A stretch of DNA of 64,000 bases from Okamejei kenojei (taxonomy: Eukaryota). Both the position numbers and the translations under genes were made by a program. The DNA lies in contig CM069174.1 in the NCBI GenBank assembly GCA_035221665.1, positions 8,804,001-8,868,000 of the forward strand. The letters are read 5' to 3'. Of this stretch, positions 52,138-63,617 are shown piece by piece (the stretch's first letter is position 1; each line of letters opens with the position of its first letter). The notes under the pieces were generated by a model that ran no database searches, was not told the DNA's origin, and worked only from the letters and a program-made list of their open reading frames with translations.

Positions 52138-52449
52138 CAGAATAAATCTCCTCTTCACCATCCTCACTGAATTAAGATGCTCATCATTTCTCCCTGTGAC
52201 TCTCATTTCAACCCCCAGCTTCTGGGATCTGCTCATGTGGCAAAGTTAACCGCGTTTCAAACTTTAGGGACGGGTTAGAGAAACGAAACCTTAAACAAAC
52301 GTGGGGGCTTACTGGGACCCATCACGTTTGACGTTCCCCTCAGTCAAAGCTCACTGCAGTTCTGTCAGTGGGTAAAACAAGACTAAATATTAGCTGAAAG
52401 TCTTGTTTTACCCATTGATGTAGCTTTGCAGAGTCTGGCTGTGATTTCC

Positions 52450-53460
52450 GATATTGATATCACGCCCCAAGTTTGCTCCCCAAACAAACCTCGGCGGCAA
52501 AAAGAAAGTTCGCGGGGACGTGCGGACGCTGTCCTGGGCTCGGTGCTTGCTCACGCATGCACTTTCCGCTCGAACTCGCTGACCTGATTTTTTTACATTC
52601 TGTTAACGTGTTCAGTGCCAAACGAGTCAGCTTCTCGCAACCTGAACCACTCCCATTGAGCAACCTCACTTTATCGCCCGTCTTACGCAAAGAAACTAGA
52701 AACAAACAAGCTTTTATAGCTCTCCGTTTCCGTCTTGAAATGGGGGGAGGTTGTCATCGGAGGGTTTCCAAGAGAAGAAATTGTATTAATTACCACAAGA
52801 AGTACTAAATTAGTTTGAGATAAACTTTTATACAAATTATAGACAACTTTAACTTAAAAGACAGACCAAGAAAGATAAAAAAAAAAGATCAAGCCACCTT
52901 ACCTGACTGAGAGGCAACACCACGGAGAACCCAGAGCAAGTATATACTCAACACCTGCACAATGTCCATCTTCTCCTTTCCAGATTGGCTTCGTATCCTT
53001 GAGTCACTTCTATGAAATTAGCTCCATGACTGGTACTTTTAAAAATTAAATAAAACCCACGAGATTGTTAAATAGTTTGGAAAAGTTGAGAATGTTTTCA
53101 GTCAAACATTCTGATTGCGAGTCGACTTGTTGCTCTGCGCTCCGCTCTCGGCAGTTTCTCGCTGATATGACACATGGGCTTGGCTCCACCTTCTGAAGCC
53201 AAATCACATCATCAGGAAGGTGAGAAACCACACTGCAAAGATGCACGCAGCGTTTTTATTTGAACACATTTAAGGAACCGAACATAAAGCAGATTGTGTT
53301 TAAAGTCTGAGTTTGGTGACATTATAAAACAACGCGTGTATTTGTGAAATCCCACTTTGCCAAAGTTGAGCCGTACAGTTTAGTAGCCACCTCGCAGACC
53401 ATCTCGTGTCTGGGCGGAGTTACAGCAATCGTGAGCGCAGGACGCTAATAACACACTTTG
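52450..53460 (-). promoter_or_regulatory. ErbB gene promoter, 5'UTR and CpG-enriched start of intron 1
   Basis: CpG-enriched, repeat-free sequence around exon 1, with a GC box GGGCGGAG near 53412. The TSS was not determined. Confidence 0.5.
52903..52969 (-). CDS. ERBB3: ErbB receptor tyrosine kinase (ERBB3 by synteny, ERBB4-like sequence), coding exon 1, signal peptide
   Basis: aagATGg start at 52969 encodes MDIVQVLSIYLLWVLRGVASQS+G. It ends at CAG|gtaagg in phase 1 (67 nt) and joins exon 2 to give [11 protein letters not shown]. Confidence 0.85.
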
Positions 53461-53759
53461 GTATTGCAAATTGTATGAAATACGTGCCAATCAATAATAT
53501 ACTTTGAAAAGTTTTCGTTTTTCCCAAAATCTAAAATAGAACTAAATCATTTATATAAATGGGCTATTTTTTAAACGCTGTCATTTAAAATATTCCTGCT
53601 AACCTTTCGTTGTTCCCATTTTGTCCAAAATGTGTTGTTTCAAACCTGATTACTTAATCTTATAAAACGAGGAACCTGTTATGCCTTGTCCACCCACCCC
53701 CTCTCTTCCGTCTTTCTCTTCCTCACACCCCCCCCCCCCCTCTCTATGTCGCTACAATT

Positions 53760-53870
53760 AGTTTGAACAAGAGTCTCGATCCGAAACGTCACCTATCCAT
53801 GTTCTCCAGAGATGCTGCCTGACCCCCCCCCCCCCCGCTGACCCAGCACATTTTAGCACATTGTGTCTTG
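53760..53870 (+). mobile_element. Short Penelope-derived element
   Basis: gagtctcgatccgaaacgtcacctatccatgttctccagagatgctgcc. Confidence 0.6.
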
Positions 53871-54229
53871 TTTCACTTAATCTTGTGATCTTTGGTACTG
53901 TCTCACGTTCAATTGAACCTGTCCTCATACATACATACACACGCACGCACGTACATACCAGGAGGGGGCAGTAGACAGGGGTCGCGAACACCAACTAATT
54001 TTATACCCTCCTTAACTGAGGTGTATGAAGACAGGAGGGGGTGAAAGCTGTGTATTCTCCATCATACTTCAGCTAATGTCAGTCAGCCAAGGACCAAAGA
54101 TGAATCTTCCATATTTTGCATCGTTTAAACAGTTCCACAAATAGATTAGCCTATTATCTTTTCACATAATGAAGAGAAAGCACGTTAACAGACTGAGGAT
54201 TTCTGCCCATGATCTCCCTTATATACTAG

Positions 54230-55380
54230 CTTTCAGATATGGATCACAAACTCAAGGGCTGAAGTGTGTTTATTTCAATGCAAGGGTGAACTACAAGGAG
54301 TGCATGGAACTATAATTGTAATTGTAATTCATTTATTAGCCAAATATGTAAAAACATACAAATAATTTGACCAAAAAAGCAACAACATAAAAATTAACAT
54401 AATCATCCACCACAGCGCACTGTGATGGAAGGCAATAACGTATTATCTTCTTCCCTCCCTTTCTCCCGCGGTCGGGGCAGTCGAACCATCCGCAATCGGG
54501 GCGATCGAAGCTCCCGCAGCCGTTGCAGCCATGACAGATACTTGGTAGCGAGTAATGGCATGACTGGCAGCTCCAGGGTTTGCATGTTTTAGATGTGTGT
54601 GAAAGAGATGTAAACGAGGTGGAGGAGTTGCATTGCTAATCAGGGAGATTGTCACATACTGGAGGGTTCATTCATTGAGGTGATATGGGTGGAATCACTC
54701 TGATAGGATTATAGACACTGGGACAGAGTAACAGATGTAGACAGATTCCAGAAAGGTGTATTCATAATGGGTGACTTTAGTTTCCCCAACATTGACTGGA
54801 TCATTGACTTGCTCAGTGCAAGTGGAATAGATAGGGCAATATTTGGCAGGTATATCCAAGAGGGTTTCTTGAAACGGTGTGCGAATAGTTCAATTTGAGG
54901 AGGGGGGGGGGGGGCTCATTCTGGACATTGTGTCACGGAATAATCCTGGCCGGATGACTGGTGTTTCAGTGGAGAGCATTGTGGAAACAGTGATCACAAC
55001 TCCATAAATGTTAAGATAGTGATGAATAAAGGCAAGTCTGGACCTTGGTGGAAGCTACTAAATTGGGGTAAAGACGATTATAACATTATTAGACAGGAGT
55101 TAGCAAGGATGAGTACTTTGCATCGGTATTGACCAAGGAGGAGATCAGTGTGGGGTACATTGAGATCAAGCAGAAAGTGTTGGGTCTCTTGAAGAACGCG
55201 AGCTAATGATTCCAGGGCCCGAGAGGCAAGAGAGATCGCTGGAGCCTTGATGAAGATCAGTGGCCAATGTTGTTCGTTTATGAAGGAAAACAGGGAGAAT
55301 CCAGGAAATTATAGGTTGATGTGCCTCATATCAGTAATAGGGAAGCTGCAGGAGAGGGCTGTTAGGGAACGTCTAAAGGA
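54230..55380 (+). mobile_element. Decayed CR1 ORF2 fragment (APE endonuclease to RT) interrupted by another LINE 3' end
   Basis: YFNAR, MGDFSFPNIDW, SDHN and RENPGNYR motifs. Confidence 0.7.
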
Positions 55381-55805
55381 GATGTACAGGACACGTTTTT
55401 GTTATCTTACAGAAAGCAGCAGGTACCTGGACTGTGTGGTCCAGCGTGGTGGTGGAAGCAGCTGCGACAGTGTCTTTCCAACGCGGTCTGTTTTTGTTAT
55501 TGAAGGGAGGGATATCTGTTGCTCTTAAGCACCATCTTGTGGCTAGTTCTGGACTAACGGTGCAGGGAGAAACTAAAAAAGTTCTGATCTCGGGGAATCA
55601 GCCTGTGATTGAAGATATGGACACAATCGATCGGTTAAACTGAATGTTGTTAGGAAATCTAGGAAATATACCACAAGTATCAGAATGAATGCAAGCAAAA
55701 TTTAGACCAATTGTTTAGTAGAATAAATTAGCTGAAGGCTTCCAAACGAAAAGTAACCTAAAGGCATAATTGATTGAAACACCATCGATCATTCATTTAC
55801 ACTAG

Positions 55806-56135
55806 TTTTAAAGAAGGAACTGCAGATGCTGGAGAATCGAGGGTACACAAAAAGCTGGAGAAACTCAGCGGGTGCAGCAGCATCTAAGGAGCGAAGGAGG
55901 TTAGAGAGGAGGTTGTGAAACTGTCTCCGTAGGGAGGAGGAGAACTTCTTCAAAGTAGGCATACCTTGAGGAGATATCGCAGTGGAGTAGACAAAGTTTT
56001 AAAGAAGGAACTGCAGATGCTGGAGAATCGAGGGTACACAAAAAGCTGGAGAAACTCAGCGGGTGCCACAAAAAGCTGGAGAAAACTCAGCGGTGCAACA
56101 AAAAGCTGAGAAACTCAGCGGGTGCCACAAAAATA
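55806..56135 (-). mobile_element. Tandem Penelope pseudo-LTR array with ~29-bp internal tandem repeats
   Basis: Two copies of ttttaaagaaggaactgcagatgctggagaatcgagggtacac enclose a segment encoding MPTLKKFSSSLRRQF. Three extra caaaaagctggagaaactcagcgggtgc units follow. Confidence 0.75.
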
Positions 56136-56449
56136 GGTGCCCAAATTTACACTAGCCATCCACTCCCCTCACACAGAACAATTTACATGTTTGGGATATG
56201 GGAGGAAACCCGAGCACCTGGAGGAAACCCATGCGGTCAACTCCACACGGACAGCACTCGAAGTCAAGATCGAACCTGGGTCTCTGAGGCAGTTCTACAG
56301 CTGCGCCACTGTGCTGCCCTTTGTCCCATGTGCGGACAAAAATAAGGTTGCAACCAAATCAGGAGTCTGTAATCATAGTATACATACATTGGATACCAAG
56401 GAAGACTGAGTAAATGGGCACCCAAGTGGCAAGCAGAATTTAATCCAGA

Positions 56450-56808
56450 TAACGAATGCCATCTACCATCTTGTCGAAATGTTTCTTAAATGTTGTGATA
56501 GTACCCATCTCAACTACCGCATCCGACAGCTATTTCCACACATCCAACACCATTTGTGTAAAAAAAGTTCTCAATTCCCATATTCTGGGTAAAAGACTGC
56601 ATTTACCCTACCTATTCCTCTAATGATCTTGTACACTATAAGATTGCCCCTCATCCTCCTTGCCTGCTCAACTTCTCTATAGCTCAGACCATCGGGACCT
56701 GGCAACATCCTCGTAAATCTTTTCTGCACCTTTTGCAGCTTAACATCTTTCCAATAACAGGATGACCAAAACTGAACACAATACTCCAACCGTGGCCTTG
56801 TAAAACTG
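56450..56808 (-). mobile_element. CR1 LINE 3' fragment
   Basis: RPRLEYCVQFWS...VQKRFTRMLPG in ORF 56571-56936. Confidence 0.8.
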
Positions 56809-56811
56809 TAG

Positions 56812-57325
56812 GAGGCACAGTGGTGTAGCAGAAGAGTTGCTGCAGCGCCAGAGACCTGGGTTCGATCCTGTATACGGGTGCTGTCTGTACGGAGTTTGTA
56901 CTTCTCCCCGTGACCTACATGGGTTTTCTCCCACACTCGAAAGATGTACAGATTTCGCTAATCCAACACGAATCCCATTTTATTCCTCCCACTTTACTAA
57001 TTCTGTACCATTCACAAGGTAACTTACAGTGGCCAATTAACCTACCAACAAACCACGTCTTCGGGATGTGGGATGAGACAGACTGTCACAGGGAGAATAA
57101 ACAAACGCCCACCAATACACTAGTTCTGTCCTACACACCAGGGACAATTTATAGAAGCCAATTAACACACAAACCTGCATGTCTTTGTAATATGGGAGGA
57201 GACTGGAGCACCCCTCGAAACACACGTGGTCACAGGGAGAACGTACAAACTCTGTACAGACAGCACCAATAGTCAGGATCAAACCAGGGTCTCTGGCACT
57301 ATAAGACAGCAACTCTGTGCCACCC
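56812..57325. mobile_element. Cluster of V-SINE copies in both orientations; another lies at 56165-56320
   Basis: Plus-strand copy at 56812-56950 with A/B boxes. Minus-strand copies at 57000-57325. Confidence 0.7.
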
Positions 57326-57489
57326 TAATGGACTGCAGTATTCCCTGCTCTCTAACATCAGGGAAAACGCGAAAAAGCAGTACGCGAAGGGCAACGAAAT
57401 AGAACATTATGCTGTTATTTTCTCAATTTTATAAAACGGGTTTCCTTGCCTTTTTGATGATTTGTACCAAACAAATATAGGAACACAGA

Positions 57490-58009
57490 TTTGGCAAGGC
57501 AGTTTTACCCAACGAGTTGGTAAAATTGCTCTCAATTTTATACATGTAATAATTCATTTCTTTGTGAGATCTTTTTTACCAGTTACCATCAATATATTCA
57601 GTAAGTATTTGTCTTTTTCCGCCAGTCTTCAGGTACGAGTCGAAAAAACATGGTCTTACTCTCCAGGGGCACATGACATCTAAAAATGTCTTGTAAGGCA
57701 TCATGTAACTCTCTCCAAAACCTTTAATAACAGGGCAATCTCAGAGAACATGGTAATTATCTGCCTTTAAATTTCCACAAGTTTCTCCAACAAACTGGAG
57801 AGTTCCCACCATAATGGGATTTTTGAGAAGGCGTAATAAAATACTGTATCAGGCTTTTCCAACTGAACTCCCTCCAGTTTTGTGAGCTGGTACACTTCCA
57901 TTGATACCTCCATATTGTTGTCCATTTTTCCTCGGATATGATTATCCCTCCTTTCTTCTCCCATTTCATTTTCATATATAAGGTTGAGTGTGATTTAAGA
58001 TTGAATAAC

Positions 58010-58047
<38 letters not shown>

Positions 58048-58975
58048 ATAGTCAATTTTACCCAAGGATTTTCAATAGCATTTATCTAGTTGTGTAGGTT
58101 GCTGTCAGCTATGATCGCTTGTACAGGAATGACGAGCGATCTCTCTTCAATATTTTTCCATTGAGCATATGATGGGTTGCACCAGCATATCATAGATCTT
58201 AACTGTGTTGCCTGATAATAGTCTTTGACAGAGGGTAGACCCCAACCCCCCTCATTTCTTTTGTTAACTGCAAGGTTTTGAGACAGGTCCTTGGCCCTTT
58301 ACCTTGCCATATATATCTTGACCATATTTTGTCCCATTCATTAAATTGTTTTTGATTAATCTCTATTGGTAGGATCTGAAATAAATATAAGTCTTGGCAA
58401 TATGTTCATTTTAATAGAATCAATTCTTGAGCTGAGACTTAAGAAAGGAATTAGGCTCCATCTAGCTTATATCCTCCTTCATTTTTAGGTGTATATAGGT
58501 GAATATTTGCATTCTGATAGTTCTGTAAGATCCCTTGGTATAATGATGCCCAAATATTTGAGATGTTCTGTTTGCCATGCCAGAGGGTACCTACTTCTGA
58601 CTTCTCCTGGTGGGCTGTAGTTGTATGTAAGCAGTTGTGTTTTACCTATGTTAATCTTGTATCCGGATAGTTGCCGTATTGTTCGATTGATTGCATCAAT
58701 TTAGGTAGAGTTTGTTGGTTGCCCCAAATAAATAAAAATGTCATCCGCCTAACAGGCCAATTTATGTTCAGTCCCTTGAATAGTAATACCTTTTATTTCT
58801 TCATTTTGTCTTATATATTGGGCTAGTGGTTCCAAATATAATGCAAAGACAATGCACACTCCTGTCTTGAACCCCTTTCTAGAGAAAAACTCTTTGATAA
58901 ATATTCAATAACTTTAATTCTAGCAGTGGGCTTATTATATAGTGCCTATGGTTTTAATAATAGTGTCATGCAGGC
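57490..58975 (-). mobile_element. L1-clade LINE ORF2 fragment (decayed RT and C-terminus)
   Basis: Minus-strand motifs LEPLAQYIRQ, (Y)ADDI, IDSIKMNILPRLIYLFQILPI and WGLPSVKDYYQA, with stops and frameshifts. Confidence 0.8.
58014..58043. repeat. (TA)n microsatellite
   Basis: Visible TA run inside the L1 fragment. Confidence 0.9.
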
Positions 58976-59277
58976 CAAATCTATGTAGAACTCAATAGAG
59001 AAAATTCCAGCTTTTTGCTTTGAAAGTTTTTCAAAGCATAGACATAATCTGGTACAGATACAGTCCCCCAGGAAGCTAAACAGAATTTCCATTTTGCTAG
59101 CTTCCACAAAACCTTCCATGTAAAAACCTTGATAGCTCATCAGTGAAGTTTGAGCAGCAGTGACTGCAAATATAAGCAGCAAAACAATGAAATCCACATC
59201 TCACTGCATTGTGTAAGCAGCTTTCATTGATCCAAACATCAAAATAAGGTCCAAATAAATTTCAGTGGTCCAACATT

Positions 59278-59283
59278 TTTATT
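59278..59283 (-). terminator. RPS26 polyadenylation signal AATAAA
   Basis: AATAAA lies about 30 nt after the stop codon on the minus strand, consistent with the short 3'UTRs of ribosomal-protein genes. Confidence 0.75.
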
Positions 59284-59314
59284 ATTCAAACCAAATGACA
59301 GGATTTGTTAACGT

Positions 59315-59353
59315 TTACATAGGTTTGGGAGGAGGTCCACGTGGGATGTTAGC
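59315..59353 (-). CDS. RPS26: RPS26 exon 4 (C-terminus and stop)
   Basis: Follows ttctccattccag| and encodes ANIPRGPPPKPM*. Total CDS is 351 nt (116 aa). Confidence 0.93.
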   Translation of the reverse strand, partial: ANIPRGPPPKPM

Positions 59354-60021
59354 CTGGAATGGAGAAAAAAAGAAAAATGTCAGCTGCTGCAGAAAGTAGT
59401 TTGCTACAAAGAATGGCATCCATGCGCTGAACATAAAAACAAGTCAAAAGCAAACATTCAACAGGTATTAAATTTGAGATATTTACTCGTGTTCTGTTGC
59501 ACACCTGCCATTAATATAAACTGAGCACACATTTTTTTGTACATCGCTAATCACCATGTACATTACCAACACCAGAGTGCTTCAGAATTCATCAAGTTAA
59601 TGAGTGAAATTTGTCATCTCCCCTCCTCATAAAGCAGTAGCCACTATTTTTTAAAAACACACAGTCCCACAACCTGGAATCCAGATGTCTCTGCACATTA
59701 GCCAGGGAAGGGGTGGAAAAACAACTGGTTGCTCAGGCATTCTGAAGCAGTCAAGGAATTGTGATTTCATATCTTTCATCTTTTCCCTTATCCAAACAAC
59801 ACCAGCATTGGTGGATGTGACAATAAATGTAACTTAAACTCGAATCCTCCCAAACATCCAGGGTACATCTTCTAACCAGTTAAGATACCCTGGTTGTAGA
59901 AACTTTGAAGAACCACCACTAAGGAACCCAATATCACAAGCAATTAGGATCAATGACTAATCAAAGTTGGAATGTCTGGTGCTTAGACTGGGTTATTTAC
60001 TGACAGCCTTTCAATACTTAC

Positions 60022-60152
60022 TCCTGGCCTGAAACGTGGTGGTGGAGTTCGGTCCTTCCTAGCCTCCCGAGAACGGTTTCTCACCACCTTGCTGTGGATG
60101 GCACAGCTGACGCAGTAATGCAACTTCACATACAGCTTGGGCAGCACATATG
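60022..60152 (-). CDS. RPS26: RPS26 exon 3
   Basis: 131 nt encoding (A)[43 protein letters not shown], with canonical ag/gt boundaries. Confidence 0.97.
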
Positions 60153-60206
60153 CTGAAAACAAAGAAAGGAACAGCAAACAATCAACAGCAGAATCCAAGC
60201 TTTTCA

Positions 60207-60473
<267 letters not shown>

Positions 60474-61007
60474 TTAGTTCTATAATTGTCAAATGTACCG
60501 AGGCACAGTGAAATGCCATTCTGCATGCTCACCACTCAGATTGGATAAACCATACATTGTAGTTATCGGTTCTCAAATTAAAATAGTTTTTTTTTTGTCT
60601 TCAATGCGGGCTAGACCAGGATGTATTGCCCACTCAGGGTGCCCTCGAGCCTTGGAGGCCATAGGACACCCTGGTGTGAAGATGGCAGACTTTTATTCAA
60701 GGACACTAACAAATCAGATGGGTTTAACAATCTAACAGCTCTGTGTTTCTGAAATTCTTTGGAAAAAAAGACATCCAGATATAATCATTTGAATTTAATT
60801 TCTCTTATTGCCACAGTAGGATTCAAAAATGTTCTTGGAGCAGTGCTCCACAACACTCCCTGCTAACATAGTAATTTAGCCTCTGTGCTAACACTACATA
60901 CAACATGCTAGGTTGACAAACACATCAAATTGACATTGCTCTTCACCTGTGTTAGTGCAGGATGATATTCGACATGGGGCTGAATTCTTGTACCCCTATT
61001 TCCTGAC

Positions 61008-61330
61008 TCAGTCTGAAGAAGGGTCTCGACCCGAAACGTCACTTATTCCTTTTCTCCAGTGATGCTGTCTGACCAGCTGAGTTATTCCAGAGTACACAAA
61101 AGGCTGGAGAAACTCAGCGGGTGCAGCAGCATCTAAGGAAGAAGGGTCTCGACCCGAAACGTCGCTTATCTCCTTTGCTCCTTAGATGCTAGTGCACCCG
61201 CTGAGTTTCTCCAGCCTTTTGTGTACCCTCGATTTTCCAGCATCTGCAGTTCCTTCTTTAACACTGAGTTACTCCAGATTTTTGCATCTATCTTTGGTTT
61301 AAACCAACAACTGCAGTGTCCTTCCTACAC
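61008..61330. mobile_element. Nested Penelope-derived elements in RPS26 intron 1
   Basis: A young palindromic copy at 61092-61263 sits inside an older copy. The 15-bp TSD is ctgagttattccaga / ctgagttactccaga. Confidence 0.75.
61013..61040 (+). ncRNA. Minimal type I hammerhead ribozyme motif (RPS26 intron 1, antisense)
   Basis: agu-CUGAAGA-A-[GGGU CUCG ACCC]-GAAAC-GUC-acu, with a possible 3-bp helix I. Confidence 0.55.
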
Positions 61331-61686
61331 AACTATTCATTTACAGGAACATTCGAAATGGTAACCAAAATGTGACTTTAAACCAGTTGCATACCACCTC
61401 CTTGCACACAAATTCACATTGCTGTGGAGACTTGACTCAGCTTAACAAAACAATGCATGCACCATTCTGGAGATTAAGGATCTAATGAATAGATCTGTTT
61501 AAGAGAGAACTTCCTCAAAGTAGACTTGTATTCAATGCAGACTTGAATAGATTTGTTTCTCTAGAATAGTTCTCTCTCCATTGATGTGTGTTCCATTGCT
61601 TTTTATTGTATGACTGACTTGGCAAATGAAATTCCTCATTTGTTGCAAAACATACTTGGCTAGTAAAGCATTATTGTGATTGTGAT

Positions 61687-61808
61687 TTTTAAAGAAGGAA
61701 CTGCAGATGCTGGAGAATCGAGGGTACACAAAAAGCTGGAGAAACTCAGCGGGTGCAGTAGCATCTAAGGAGCGAAGGAGATAGGCGACGTTTCGGGTCG
61801 AGACCCTT
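61687..61808 (-). mobile_element. Short Penelope-derived element (young subfamily)
   Basis: Near-identical to 55806-55897. It is truncated before the CUGA motif. Confidence 0.7.
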
Positions 61809-62089
61809 GTGATGTTGCCTTGCCTGCTGAGTATTTCTTGCTTCTGTTTTTAGAGATTAAAAGCTCTGAAGTTAAAAACTTTGGATTCCGTATATTCACA
61901 TTTTCAGCTGCCTCTAATGATTTTATTCCGTATTAACGTTAAAATCAGGCAGATTGTGGAACAGGGCTCCAAATATACAAAGGCCTTTTTGTATTTGGAA
62001 GCGGTTCCTCGCTTCGAACTACAAGAAGTATGTCTCCAATAGTGAGTAAATTCGAGATATCATATCGAAATGTCATCAGATTGTAACAT

Positions 62090-62780
62090 CGGCCCTCTGG
62101 TCGTTTCTGCTGGCTGGCTTGCAGTGCAATTGACAGACGGTGTCCCCATCGACCCCACCAGCCTCCCGGTGCCCGCGCAAGGCGGCCCAGCCCCGCGGGG
62201 AGGCTGGCACCTGGGCCGGGCCCGGCCTTGTAGGCCTCGGCCCCGACCCCGACTCGCAAACGGCTTCAGTGCTTGACCACCCGCTTCCCAGGGGGCGATG
62301 GGGAGAGGGAAGGGTGGTCGAGACGGGAGGGCGAGGGCGAGACGGGGAGCGGGGCGGCGGCGGCGGCGGCGGCGGGAGGAAGCGGCGAGACGGGCCGACA
62401 CTCACCATCTTCAACACGAGCCACAAAGAGGACCGGAAGCAGGCGCTCGCGCCTTTTATACCTCCGCGCTCAGGCCCCGCAACTGGCGGAAACAGCCCCC
62501 AATGCCGCATCCAGCACCGGCATCACGGCAGCGGCTGCCCCGCCGCACTGACCCACCGTGGCGGCTGAACAGCGCTCCCGCCACTCGGCCCTTTCGGTCT
62601 GTAAACACCGGGGACTACTTTATGCGGCGGACGGCGACGCCGCGGCGGGCCAGTGAAGCGGCCGCTACCCAGCGAGCAGCGCGCGCCAGCAGTGGTCACG
62701 TGACGCGGGCTGTCACTCAGCGGGAGCTTTGGGTCACGTTGCGTCGAACGCCCCGCCTCCGTGTTGAAGGCTCTTGAAGA
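62090..62780 (-). promoter_or_regulatory. RPS26 CpG-island promoter: TATAAAA (62454-62460), TOP/TCT start (~62430), ETS CCGGAAG (62433-62439), palindromic E-box GTCACGTGAC (62695-62704)
   Basis: Very GC/CpG-rich region with a TATA box about 30 nt upstream of the pyrimidine tract CTCTTT. Confidence 0.85.
62406..62408 (-). CDS. RPS26: 40S ribosomal protein S26 (eS26) exon 1, ATG only
   Basis: TOP-type 5'UTR CCTCTTTGTGGCTCGTGTTGAAG followed by ATG|gtgagt. Confidence 0.9.
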
Positions 62781-63617
62781 TGGAGCCCATCTTTGGTTTG
62801 AGCAAAAATAGAATAAAGTGCACCGTAATCGTAGAGGCACACAGGTTGAGGAACTGTGTCAAGAGCCGTACCTACTAATAGTACATTAACATACAGGATG
62901 GTCAAGAAGCCAGAGATGGATAAGAAATAGAACTGCAAGAGATTAGAGAAATAGGGAGGGAAACAATGTCATTTCTGTTGCCCTGATTTCCAAGGTGTTC
63001 TTTTCCCAAGGATGACAATGTTAACACTGAGATATTGCTTACAAGGGGGCTAACGTGGTGCTGGGGATGATGGGAGGTGATTCTGAGCACAAGTAAGGAC
63101 ACAGGGAGCTGGATGCGTTTAGGTTTGTGCTCTTGGTAAGGTGGTGGCAATGCGGCCAGAGTTCAAATCAGATGCCAAGTTTGCAGACAGTCTGGTTCAG
63201 TTTGAGACAGTGGTCAGGAACAGGAGCAGAATTAAATGGAGAGGGAATGGAATTTAAAATATAAACAAAACTATTGGAAACACTCAGATCCAGGCTGAAT
63301 TCATGGAAAGGGAAATTGAGTTAGCATCTCTGGTCAATGATCCTACGTTTGAACTGGAAAAGTGAAAAAACAAATTAGTTTTAAGTTGCAGAAAGGGATA
63401 GATTGAACAAAACACATATCTCGGATAGGGCAAGGCAGGATTACAATGTATTCTACTGTTTACAGAACTGTCTGGACGATAGTTGAATGAGGGTAGTTTG
63501 AGAGAAAGAGAATAAAAAGGGACATAGAGAAGCTGCGAAACGCAGGTCAGAGTCATTGCTGAGGCCTTAAACCAAAAGTATTCTGAAAATGCCCAGCAGA
63601 TCAAGCAGTGTCTGAGG

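Noticed and set aside
61945-62840. Overlapping 90-160 aa ORFs
   Set aside because: This is GC-rich RPS26 promoter and intron 1 sequence, and only the ATG at 62406-62408 is coding.
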